The notes below the pieces were generated by a model that saw nothing but the letters and a program-made list of their open reading frames with translations, did no database searches and was not told the origin of the DNA. The position numbers were made by a program, and so were the translations under genes. This document shows, in pieces, positions 20,556-29,772 of a DNA stretch of 35,263 nt (positions are counted from its first letter, which is position 1; each line of letters opens with the position of its first letter). Source of the DNA: an uncultured Erysipelotrichaceae bacterium (lineage in GTDB: Bacteria; Bacillota_I; Bacilli_A; RF39; UBA660); the NCBI GenBank assembly GCA_902783185.1, contig CACZPQ010000010.1, positions 1 through 35,263 on the forward strand, given 5' to 3'.

Positions 20556-22304
20556 ATGAAGGATATAAAGTATTTTAAATTAACATTGAATTACTTAAAA
20601 AAAGATAAATTATATTTATTCTTTTTTGTGTTAGTAGATATTTTATATAATGTAGTTCCTTTATTAGTATCCATTTTTTGGGCACAGGCAGTAAATAGTA
20701 TAACAATAATGGATCAACCACAATTTATTATTAATCTTGTTTTATGGGTTTTGAGTGAAATAATAAGTTGGGGAATAATACAAATAATACATAATTACAT
20801 TTATATTAAACTAGAAAATGATTTTATAAGAGAAAGTAGTGTTGACTTATATAAAAAAATGATTAATTTACCAGCATTAGCATATGAGGATATGGGAGTT
20901 GGAGAACTTACTAATAGATTAACAAGTGATACTAGTAATATTATGAATTTGTTAAAACAAATTATTAATTTATCTACAAGACTTATTACAGCTGTTGTTG
21001 TATTTATTTACTCTTTTACTGTTTCTATTTATGTTGGCTTAGAATTTACTGCTCTTGGAATAGTAATGTATTTACTTGCTAATGTATATTATCCAAAGAT
21101 TAAAAAGTATCAAGAAAATTTATCTAAGCAAGGAGACAAAATACATAAAAATGCCACTGAAGATTTTTCTGGGATTAGGGAAATTAAAGCACTCGGAATT
21201 AAAGATGAAGTAATTGATAAAACATCTAATAATTTAGTTGAATTAACTTATAATCAAAAGAAAATATATAGAGTAGAAGAAAACTATTATGCAATAAATA
21301 ATATAGTATATTTTATAATTGAATTTATTATTTTCTTAAATATTGGAATACTAATATTTATTAATCAAAGTACTTTAGCAATGTTTTTAATTATTCAAAC
21401 TTTAATATGGAGATTTGATAGTGTTATTGAAAACTTATCTAATTTTGGCGTTAATTATAATAAAGTAATTGTTTCTTTAAAAAGAATTGATGAAATAATT
21501 AATAATAAAAAATATTCAGATGAAAAATTTGGGAATGAAGAAATAAAAGATAAAACTATTGATATTAGTTTTAAAAATGTATACTTTAAATATAGAAAAA
21601 ATGAAGATTATATACTTAAGGGTTTGACATGTGAATTAATACCTAACAAAAAAATAGCAATAGTAGGTAAATCAGGACAAGGTAAATCAACAATATTTAA
21701 TTTATTAATGAGATATTTTGATGTAAGTAAAGGTGAAATATTAATAAATGGTATTAATATAAATGAATTGACAGAAAAATCTTTAAGAAGTAATTTATCT
21801 ATTATTAGACAAGACCCATATCTTTTTAATCAAAGTATATTTGATAATTTTAAAATGGTAAAACAAGATACAACTTTAAAAGAAGTAAGGGAAGTTTGTA
21901 AAAAATCATATATAGATGATTATATAATGTCTTTACCTAAAAAGTATAATACAATAATTGGTGAAGGCGGTGTTAATTTATCTGGAGGTCAAAAACAAAG
22001 ACTTGCTATAGCAAGAACATTACTTAAAAATACAAAAGTGATTTTATTTGATGAAGCAACATCATCACTAGATAATGAATCACAAGAATACATCAAAAAA
22101 ACAATTGATGATTTAGTAAAAACACATACTATTGTGATTGTTGCCCATAGGCTATCTACAATTATGGATGCAGATATTATATATTTAATAGATGATGGAA
22201 AAGTGTTAGCTAAAGGCAACCACAATGAACTTATATTAAAATCTAAATTATATAAGAAATTATATAATCCTGAAATATTGGATGATAATGATATAGTAGA
22301 ATAA
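20556..22304 (+). CDS. ABC exporter, fused permease/ATP-binding protein (MsbA/multidrug type)
   Basis: N-terminal TM domain; Walker A GKSGQGKST, signature LSGGQKQR, Walker B ILFDEATSSLD, AHRLST. Confidence 0.93.
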   Translation: MKDIKYFKLTLNYLKKDKLYLFFFVLVDILYNVVPLLVSIFWAQAVNSITIMDQPQFIINLVLWVLSEIISWGIIQIIHNYIYIKLENDFIRESSVDLYKKMINLPALAYEDMGVGELTNRLTSDTSNIMNLLKQIINLSTRLITAVVVFIYSFTVSIYVGLEFTALGIVMYLLANVYYPKIKKYQENLSKQGDKIHKNATEDFSGIREIKALGIKDEVIDKTSNNLVELTYNQKKIYRVEENYYAINNIVYFIIEFIIFLNIGILIFINQSTLAMFLIIQTLIWRFDSVIENLSNFGVNYNKVIVSLKRIDEIINNKKYSDEKFGNEEIKDKTIDISFKNVYFKYRKNEDYILKGLTCELIPNKKIAIVGKSGQGKSTIFNLLMRYFDVSKGEILINGININELTEKSLRSNLSIIRQDPYLFNQSIFDNFKMVKQDTTLKEVREVCKKSYIDDYIMSLPKKYNTIIGEGGVNLSGGQKQRLAIARTLLKNTKVILFDEATSSLDNESQEYIKKTIDDLVKTHTIVIVAHRLSTIMDADIIYLIDDGKVLAKGNHNELILKSKLYKKLYNPEILDDNDIVE

Positions 22305-22393
22305 TATTCCTTTAAAAAACAACAAATCTTTCTTGCATTGAATTAATACTTATGTTAAAATGTAAATGGTATATAATAGAATGGGTGGTTACT

Positions 22394-23299
22394 ATGGATC
22401 AAAATACTATGGTAGAATTAAAGGAAGGAATTAAATCAGAATTAGAAGCTGAAGTTGTTTATTTAAATGAAAGACAAGAAGCTTTTGATAAAATTAATAA
22501 AGCATATCAATCTTTATCTGGTAAGAATGTTGCATTATTAATTGATAAATGCAATTACAGAATGGGTAGTTTAGTGAATGCACATAAATATTCTAGTGTT
22601 GCTAACCAAGAAGATATTGAAAAAGATACAGCTGAATTAAATCAATTAGTTTCTGATTTAAATAATGAAATCCTTGATATTGAAAATATTGGAATTGAAA
22701 TGGGTAATAGTTTTGATGAAACTAAATATCAAGACTTTGCTAATAGAATTTCTTCAATAATTGATATGACATTAAATTCATGCAATGAAACTGTAAGAAA
22801 AGCAACTGATGTTTTAAGTCATAAGTTTGATAGTGTTGAAATGAGTAATGTTGTTGAAACTCCAGTTGAGGAGGAAAAAGAAGAAGTTAAATCTGAAGAA
22901 GTAGTTGATGAATTTACACCAACAGAAATTAAAACTGATTCTATTGAAGATATTGAAAATGAATTGAATAATGAATTACAACCTATTCAAGAAGATAAAA
23001 AAGAATTGGAAAGTATAAAAAATGATTTAGAGGGTGCTGAAAAAGTAACGAGCATTGAACCTGCACCAAGTGCAATTGTTGCTCCTGTTTTAATGCCTGA
23101 AAAAAATGTTGATATAAATTCATTTCTAAATCAAGAAGCTCAAGTTGAAAGTAAGGAAGTAGAATCTGCTCCAATTCAAAATGAAATTGAAAGTGCTGCA
23201 AATGTAGATGAAGGACCTGTACTTGTAACAAATGTAGAAACTTTTGGTTTAAATGAAGAAAGAGAACCAGAAGGACCAGTTTTAGCAAGAACTGCTTAA
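22394..23299 (+). CDS. hypothetical acidic protein (helical N-terminus, low-complexity C-terminus)
   Basis: Open frame with host codon usage; GGTGG SD before ATG 22394; upstream TTGCAT-17-TAAAAT. Confidence 0.8.
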   Translation: MDQNTMVELKEGIKSELEAEVVYLNERQEAFDKINKAYQSLSGKNVALLIDKCNYRMGSLVNAHKYSSVANQEDIEKDTAELNQLVSDLNNEILDIENIGIEMGNSFDETKYQDFANRISSIIDMTLNSCNETVRKATDVLSHKFDSVEMSNVVETPVEEEKEEVKSEEVVDEFTPTEIKTDSIEDIENELNNELQPIQEDKKELESIKNDLEGAEKVTSIEPAPSAIVAPVLMPEKNVDINSFLNQEAQVESKEVESAPIQNEIESAANVDEGPVLVTNVETFGLNEEREPEGPVLARTA

Positions 23300-23320
23300 T
23301 ATAGAATAGAGGGAATAAAA

Positions 23321-23566
23321 ATGGGATTAAAGATTAATACAATAATTAGCCTAGCTAGTAATGAAAAATTTGTTCTATTAAACGAAACTATGTATGGTGG
23401 AATTAAATATTTCTTAGCTATGGGTGTAGATGAAAATAAAGATATCATTCCTAATAAAGTAAAAATACTTGAAGAAATGATAAATGGTTCAGATGTTTAT
23501 GTTAAAGCAGTTACTGATCCTGAAATGATAGTTATTTTAACTAGAATCTTAAAGTCACAAATGTAA
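23321..23566 (+). CDS. small hypothetical protein, possibly DUF1292-like
   Basis: SD GAGGG; beta-rich pattern IISL..NEKF.LL.E..Y.G.KYFL then a C-terminal helix; family call from resemblance only. Confidence 0.6.
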   Translation: MGLKINTIISLASNEKFVLLNETMYGGIKYFLAMGVDENKDIIPNKVKILEEMINGSDVYVKAVTDPEMIVILTRILKSQM

Positions 23567-23580
23567 TTTGTGATTTTTTT
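23555..23580 (+). terminator. intrinsic terminator
   Basis: TCACAAAT-gta-ATTTGTGA followed by T7. Confidence 0.7.
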
Positions 23581-23635
23581 AATTTACTTATATAAATATA
23601 TTTGTTAGAATTAGATTAAAGGAAGGAAGTATATT

Positions 23636-24175
23636 ATGGAATTAAAAGGAAGTCAAACTGAAAAAAATCTTTTAGCTGCTTTTGCGGGTGAATCACAAGC
23701 AAGAAATAAATACACTTACTATGCATCTAAGGCTAAAAAGGAAGGGTATGAACAAATAGCAGCTATATTTGAAGAAACTGCTGCAAATGAAAAAGAACAT
23801 GCAAAAATATGGTTTAAACAATTAAATGGTGGAGATGTTCCATCAACAATTGATAATCTACATGATGCAATTAATGGAGAAACCTATGAATACGAAGATA
23901 TGTATGCGGAGTTTGCAAAAACTGCTAAAGAAGAAGGATTTGCACAAATTGCCAGACTTTTTGAAATGGTTGGTGAAATAGAAAAGCATCATGCTGAAAG
24001 ATATAAAATCTTATTAGAAAATATTAATGAAGATAAAGTATTCCATAGAGATGAAGAAAGAATTTGGATTTGTAGAAACTGTGGACATGTATACTATGGA
24101 AAAGATGCTCTTAAAGTATGTCCAGTTTGTAATCATCCTGAAAGCTTTATGGAATTAAAAGCAGAGAATTATTAA
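23636..24175 (+). CDS. rbr: rubrerythrin
   Basis: [31 protein letters not shown]-terminal CRNCG...CPVC. Confidence 0.95.
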   Translation: MELKGSQTEKNLLAAFAGESQARNKYTYYASKAKKEGYEQIAAIFEETAANEKEHAKIWFKQLNGGDVPSTIDNLHDAINGETYEYEDMYAEFAKTAKEEGFAQIARLFEMVGEIEKHHAERYKILLENINEDKVFHRDEERIWICRNCGHVYYGKDALKVCPVCNHPESFMELKAENY

Positions 24176-24234
24176 TAAAAAATGTAAATAAAGTGTACAA
24201 ATTTCATTTAAAAAAAAGGAAATCAAGGATTTAC

Positions 24235-24300
24235 CTAGAATAATAATAGTAGAGGGACTAATTAATTTTAAATAATTATTAGTCCTTTTTATTATTCTAG
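24235..24300. repeat. long nested inverted repeat (terminator/attenuator-like) directly before the Bro-N gene
   Basis: CTAGAATAATAA (24235-24246)/TTATTATTCTAG (24289-24300) enclosing GGACTAAT (24255-24262)/ATTAGTCC (24278-24285). Confidence 0.75.
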
Positions 24301-24313
24301 AAAGGAAATATTT

Positions 24314-25161
24314 ATGAACAATAATTTAGAAACAATTACAAATCTATTTGAAAAAAAAGAAATAAGAAGTGTGTGGGATAGTGAAAAAGAAGACTATTAT
24401 TTTAGTGTAGTTGATGTAATAAGTGCTTTAACAGATGCTAGTATTCCTAGAAATTATTGGAGTGATTTAAAGAGAAAAATAAAAAAGGAAGGTAGTGAGT
24501 TGCACGAAAATATCGTGCAACTAAAACTAAAATCTAATAAAGATGGGAAGTATTATTTAACAGATGTATTGGATACTGAAGGAATACTAAGATTAATTGA
24601 GAGTGTTCCATCACCTAAAGCAGAACCATTTAAATTATGGTTGGCACATCTTGGAAAAGATAGAATAGATGAAGTATTTGATCCAACTATAGCTATAGAA
24701 AGATCAATTAATTATTATCGTAATAAGGGTTATGATGATTCTTGGATAGAAAATAGAATAAGAACAATAATACATAGAAAACAATTAACTGATGTATGGA
24801 AAGAACATGGTGTTAATACACCAAAAGAATATGCAATGCTAACAAATGAAATATATAAATGTTGGTCAAAAATGAATGCTAAAAATTATAAAGATTATAA
24901 AGGATTAAGAAAGGAAAATTTAAGAGATAATATGAGTGATTTGGAACTATTATTAACTGATATTGGTGAAGTAACAATAATATAAAAAAACCAACCAATT
25001 ATATTGAAAATAAGATGATTGCTAGGAAAGGAGGAAATATTGCCAATGAAACTAAAAATAATATAGAAGAAGAATTAGGTATGCCAATAGTAAGTAAAAA
25101 CAATAATTTAAATTATAAATATAAAGATGACAATTTATTAAATAATACAGGAAAGGAATAA
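24314..25161 (+). pseudogene. Bro-N domain (phage antirepressor-like) protein, frameshifted near the C-terminus
   Basis: IRSVWD...YYFSVVDVI..LT...RNYWSDLK...PSPKAEPFKLWLA...ENLRDNMS. ORF stops at 24985, but another frame continues KKPTNYIENKMIARKGGNIANETKNNIEEELGMPIVSK... to TAA at 25159-25161. Confidence 0.8.
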
Positions 25162-25162
25162 T

Positions 25163-25837
25163 ATGAAAGAAATAAGCTTATTTATAGATGAATCAGGTAA
25201 TTTAGGATCTCAAGGTAGATTTTTCTTAATTTGTGCCTTAGAAGTACAATGCATAAAATCTAAAACGGTGTCAAGAAGAGTGGCAAGAACTATAAATAAG
25301 TTTAAGAAAAGAAAATTAATTCCAAAAAGTAAAGAATTGAAAGGTTGGAGTATTAAAGAAGATGATAGATTTGAATTAATTACAAAAATACTATCTAAAG
25401 ATATAAAAGTTAGATATATAGTATTAGATAAAGATAAAACAACAATACTACTTAAAAAGGCAGATGATAAAAATGCTTGTTATAACTATTTAGTACAATT
25501 AATAATTAAGAAGATTATTAAAACATATACTGATTTAGAAAAAATAAATATTTATTTAGACAATAGATCAGTTAAAATTGGTAATAGACTATCTTTAAAA
25601 CCATATCTTTATAATAAATTAATTCTCGAACAATTGGAAAGAAAAGATAATGTTAAAAGAGTAGAGTTTGAAATAAACTATTTAGAATCTGAAAGTTGTT
25701 TTTTAATACAATGTGCTGATATAATATCTAATTCTTTATTTAAAAAGTATAATAGCAATAATAATGTTTTTTATAAAGTAATAAGACCCTATATAGTATT
25801 TGAAAGTAAATTTCCATCAAAAAACTTTGGAAAATAA
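25163..25837 (+). CDS. DUF3800-family protein (predicted RNase H-like fold)
   Basis: N-terminal LFIDESG, ELKG, central IYLD, C-terminal S..C.LIQCAD; SD AAAGGA. Confidence 0.85.
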   Translation: MKEISLFIDESGNLGSQGRFFLICALEVQCIKSKTVSRRVARTINKFKKRKLIPKSKELKGWSIKEDDRFELITKILSKDIKVRYIVLDKDKTTILLKKADDKNACYNYLVQLIIKKIIKTYTDLEKINIYLDNRSVKIGNRLSLKPYLYNKLILEQLERKDNVKRVEFEINYLESESCFLIQCADIISNSLFKKYNSNNNVFYKVIRPYIVFESKFPSKNFGK

Positions 25838-25838
25838 A

Positions 25839-25866
25839 TTGACTATTATAGCATTAATGGTATAAT
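25839..25866 (+). promoter_or_regulatory. sigma-A promoter immediately after the DUF3800 stop
   Basis: TTGACT, 16-nt spacer, extended -10 TGgTATAAT. Confidence 0.75.
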
Positions 25867-25872
25867 AAATTC

Positions 25873-25970
25873 TTAAGGAACTGGCATATAAACCTTATAT
25901 AACTTATTCAAGTATTGAATATAAGAGTTATGTATTAACTTAGGAATATAAGTATTGCCAGTTCTTTTAT
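25873..25970 (+). ncRNA. putative DUF3800-associated structured small RNA
   Basis: Closing stem AAGGAACTGGCA/TGCCAGTTCTTT, internal stems, own promoter, no ORF, U-rich 3' end. Confidence 0.65.
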
Positions 25971-26009
25971 ATTGTTTTTTAAATAAAATATGTTATAATA
26001 CTTGTAATA

Positions 26010-26220
26010 AATGTTGATATTTATAAAGTAATTATTACAATTATTTATAAAGAGAGATATTAATTAGCTGAGATAATATCATAAATAGTAATAATGAAGT
26101 TTCAATAAATGGAGTTTAAATCGTGAAGAAGCGTTAATCTATTAAAGTGCTAGTAAACCTAGAATTTGGGTGGTACCACGGACTATTGTTCGCCCCAATG
26201 AATTCTTGGTTTTTTTATTT
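26010..26220 (+). promoter_or_regulatory. T-box riboswitch (Phe specifier)
   Basis: AGAGA and GCTGAGA stem I motifs; specifier TTC at 26101-26103; T-box AATTTGGGTGGTACCACG at 26163-26180; upstream TGtTATAAT at 25991-25999. Confidence 0.92.
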
Positions 26221-26238
26221 TTTGAAAGGATGAGTTAT

Positions 26239-27285
26239 ATGAAAGAAAAAATTGAAGAAATTAAAAAGTCTTTGGAAAGTGATATTAAAAATGCTAATAC
26301 ATTACAAGATATAGTTGATTTAAAAGCTAAATATATTGGTAAATCAGGATGTATTACGGAACTAACTAAAAATATGAAAGATATTCCTGAGGAAGAAAGA
26401 AAACAAGTTGGTTCTTTAGCAAATGTAATTAAAAATGAAGCTAATGAATTAATTAGTAATAAAGAAAATGAAATTAATACAATTATTATTAATGAAAAAC
26501 TTGCTAAAGAGGCAGTAGATATTTCACTTCCAGCAACTGAAATTCCAATTGGATCACCTAATATTTTAGAAAAAGTTATCGAAGATTTTGAAGAAGTATT
26601 TATGTCTATGGGATATGATGTTGTTGATGGTCCTGAACTTGAAGAAGATAGATTTAACTTTGAGTTACTTGGATTACCAAAAGGACATCCAGCTAGAGAT
26701 GCACAAGATACTTTCTATGTTAAGGGAGATGAACTATTATTGCGTTCACATACGTCTCCTGTTCAAGCAAGAACAATGCTTGCTAAAGGTGGAAATGAGC
26801 CAGTAAGAGTTATATGCCCTGGTAAAGCATACAGAAGAGATGATGATGATGCAACTCATTCACATAATTTTACTCAAATTGAAGGTTTAATTGTAGATAA
26901 GAATATAAAATTATCCGATTTAAAGGGAACTGTAACTGTTATATGTAAGAAATTATTTGGTAATGATACTATAACAAGATTTAGACCATCATATTATCAG
27001 TTTACTGAACCATCAGTAGAAATGGATATTTCATGTTTTAGTTGTAAAGGAAAAGGATGTAATATTTGTAAAAATACTGGATGGATTACTATAGGTGGAG
27101 CGGGAGTAGTTCATTATGATGTATTAAAAGGTTGTGGTTATGACCCAGAAAAATGGAGTGGTTTTGCATTTGGTTTTGGTGCTGAAAGATGTGCAATGTT
27201 AAAATATGGAATTAGTGATATTAGAACTTTTTATAATACTGATTTAAGAGAAACTAAACCATTTGATAGAAAAGAGGAAGATTAA
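26239..27285 (+). CDS. pheS: phenylalanine-tRNA ligase alpha subunit
   Basis: HPARDAQDTFY, LLRSHTSPVQ, DATHSHNF, RFRPSYYQFTEPS, GFAFGFG; ATG 26239 after AAAGGA. Confidence 0.97.
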   Translation: MKEKIEEIKKSLESDIKNANTLQDIVDLKAKYIGKSGCITELTKNMKDIPEEERKQVGSLANVIKNEANELISNKENEINTIIINEKLAKEAVDISLPATEIPIGSPNILEKVIEDFEEVFMSMGYDVVDGPELEEDRFNFELLGLPKGHPARDAQDTFYVKGDELLLRSHTSPVQARTMLAKGGNEPVRVICPGKAYRRDDDDATHSHNFTQIEGLIVDKNIKLSDLKGTVTVICKKLFGNDTITRFRPSYYQFTEPSVEMDISCFSCKGKGCNICKNTGWITIGGAGVVHYDVLKGCGYDPEKWSGFAFGFGAERCAMLKYGISDIRTFYNTDLRETKPFDRKEED

Positions 27286-27286
27286 T

Positions 27287-29661
27287 ATGATATCAATGAA
27301 TTGGGTTAAAGATTATATTGATTTAACTGGAATTGATTTAATAGAATTAGCTGATAAGATAACTAGAGCAGGCATTAATATTGAAAATGTCATTTCTAAT
27401 CATATTAATAATTTAGTTGTTGGTGAAGTTATTGACTGTATAGATCATCCTGATTCTGATCACTTACATATATGTAAGGTAAATGTTGGTTCAGAAACTA
27501 AACAAATAGTATGTGGTGCACCAAATGTAAGAGCAGGTATAAAAGTAATTGTTGCATTACCTGGTGCCATTTTACCTGGTGATTTTGAAATCAAATCAGG
27601 CAAAATCAGAGGTGAAGAGTCAGATGGTATGATATGTGCCCTATTTGAACTTGGATTAGAAGAAAAACTGATGAAAACTATGCTAAAGGTATTGAAGAAC
27701 TACCAAGTGATGCTCCAGTTGGAGTAAATGCATTGGAGTATTTGGGTAGGGATGATACCTTATATGAATTAGATGTTCATAAACATAGAAATAATGACTG
27801 TTACTATCATATTGGATTTGCTCATGAAGTAGGTACAGTACTTGGTAAAAAAGTAAAATATCCAGAAAGTAAATATAGTGAAAGTAATGATGATGTTAAT
27901 AATTATATAAAACTAGAAGTTGATACAAATAGATGTCCATTTTATTTAGGTAAAATGGTCAAAAATGTTAAAATTGGAGAGTCACCTGATTGGATTAAAA
28001 AAAGAATAATCTCAGCAGGTATGAGACCTATTAATAATGTTGTTGATATATCAAATTTTGTAATGCTAGAGTTTGGACAACCAACACATTTCTTTGATGC
28101 TGATAAGTTAGGTAATGTTGTTAAGGTTAGAGATGCCCTAAATAGTGAAACTATAACTACATTAGATGGACAAGAAAGACAATTAACTGAAAATGATATT
28201 GTAATTACTGATGGTAAAGTTCCAACATGCATTGCTGGTATAATGGGTGGAGAAACTGTTGAAGTAGATGAAAATACTAAAAACATATTTATTGAAGCTG
28301 CAATATTTGATGCTTTTTCAACTACTAAAACAGCAACTAGATTAAATTTAAAATCTGAGGCATCTAAAAGATATGGCAAAGGACTTAATTATGAATATAC
28401 AATTATGGCCATGGATAGATGTTGTTCACTTCTTGAAGAATATGCATCAGGTGAAGTATTAAAGGGACAATTACTACATGATAAAGTTGATAAAACACCA
28501 AAAACTGTTGATGTTACAACTGAGGATTTAAATGGTGTTCTTGGTATGCATATGAGTGATGATGATGTTAAGACTCAATTGGAAAAGTTAGATTTTGAAT
28601 ATGAACTAAGTGGTAATGTATTTCATATAACAATTCCAAGAAGAAGATTAGATGTTGAACCTAATAAAGCAGATATTGCTGAAGAAATAGGTAGATTATA
28701 TGGATATAATAATCTTGAAGATACTTTACCTGAAGTTGAAACAAAACGTGGAGTTTATGTTGGTGATGTAGCTTTAAGAAAATCAATATCTAAACGTTTA
28801 AGAATGCTTGGACTAAATGAAGATAGAAATTACACATTAGTTACACCAAGTATGGCTTCTTCATTTAATTATGATAACAAAGAAGTTTTAGAGCTACCTA
28901 ATCCAATGTCTATAGATAAATCAACATTAAGATTATCATTAATTCCTTCATTAATTCAAACTTATGAATATAATAAAGCTAGAAAAGTAAACGATATTAA
29001 TATTTATGAGATTGCTAAAACATATGATAATAACTATGTTGAAGATCACAAAGTTGCAATGTTAATGAAAGGTAATTATATAATTAATAATGCTAATAAG
29101 GTCAATGTTAAAGATGATTTCTTTGTATTAAAAGGAATTATTGAAAACTTATTTAAATATTTAGGATTCAAAAATAGATATTCTTTTGAAAAAGTTGAAG
29201 TAAAAGAGTTACATCCAGGTATATCTGCATCTATTCTTATAGATAGAAAGCCAATAGGTATTATAGGAAAAGTACATCCAACATTGGTTAAAGATGATGT
29301 ATATGTTGCTGAAATATCTATGACTAAATTATATGAATTTAATATTAAGCCATTAAAATTTAAAGAAGCATCTAAATATCCTGAAATAACAAAAGATATG
29401 GCCTTCATAGTAAAAAAAGATATTACTGCTGGACAAATAATAGATGTAATTAAAAAAAGTGGTGGTAGATTATTAACTGATATTGATATATTCGATGTTT
29501 ATACTGGTGAAAATGTAGCTAATGACGAAAAATCTATTGCGTTTAAATTAACATTTAATGAACCAACTAGAACATTAAATGATGATGAAGTAATGGAAGT
29601 ATTTAATAATATAATTAATAATGTAATAAAGGAATTTAATGCAATATTAAGAGATAAATAA
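27287..29661 (+). CDS. pheT: phenylalanine-tRNA ligase beta subunit, split by a 1-nt frameshift at about 27663-27667
   Basis: HPDSDHL, IVCGAPN, IRGEESDGMIC in the first frame; MRPINNVVDISN, EEIGRLYGY, NPMS, FDVYTG in the second. Adding one A gives EEKTDENYAKGIEELPSDAPVG. Confidence 0.93.
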
Positions 29662-29690
29662 AAATGGTATGATTATACCATTTTTATTTA
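29656..29690 (+). terminator. terminator after pheT
   Basis: AAATAAAAATGGTAT-gatt-ATACCATTTTTATTT. Confidence 0.75.
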
Positions 29691-29772
29691 TATTAATAAT
29701 TATTTAAAAACAATTTACTTTTACTATTTCTTTTGTTATAATTACATATAGAATAATAAGGAGTGTGCTAAT

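Noticed and set aside
25873-25970. Small RNA as SRP RNA, 6S RNA, tRNA or CRISPR mini-array
   Set aside because: No SRP helix-8 GGAA/AGCAG motif, too short for 6S, no cloverleaf or T-loop, no repeat-spacer periodicity
24235-25970. Integron cassette or IS boundaries around the Bro-N/DUF3800 module
   Set aside because: Hairpins lack attC RYYYAAC/GTTRRRY ends; no integrase, transposase or target-site duplication seen
26170-26238. N-terminal extension of PheS in the ORF track
   Set aside because: Falls inside the T-box antiterminator; true start is ATG 26239
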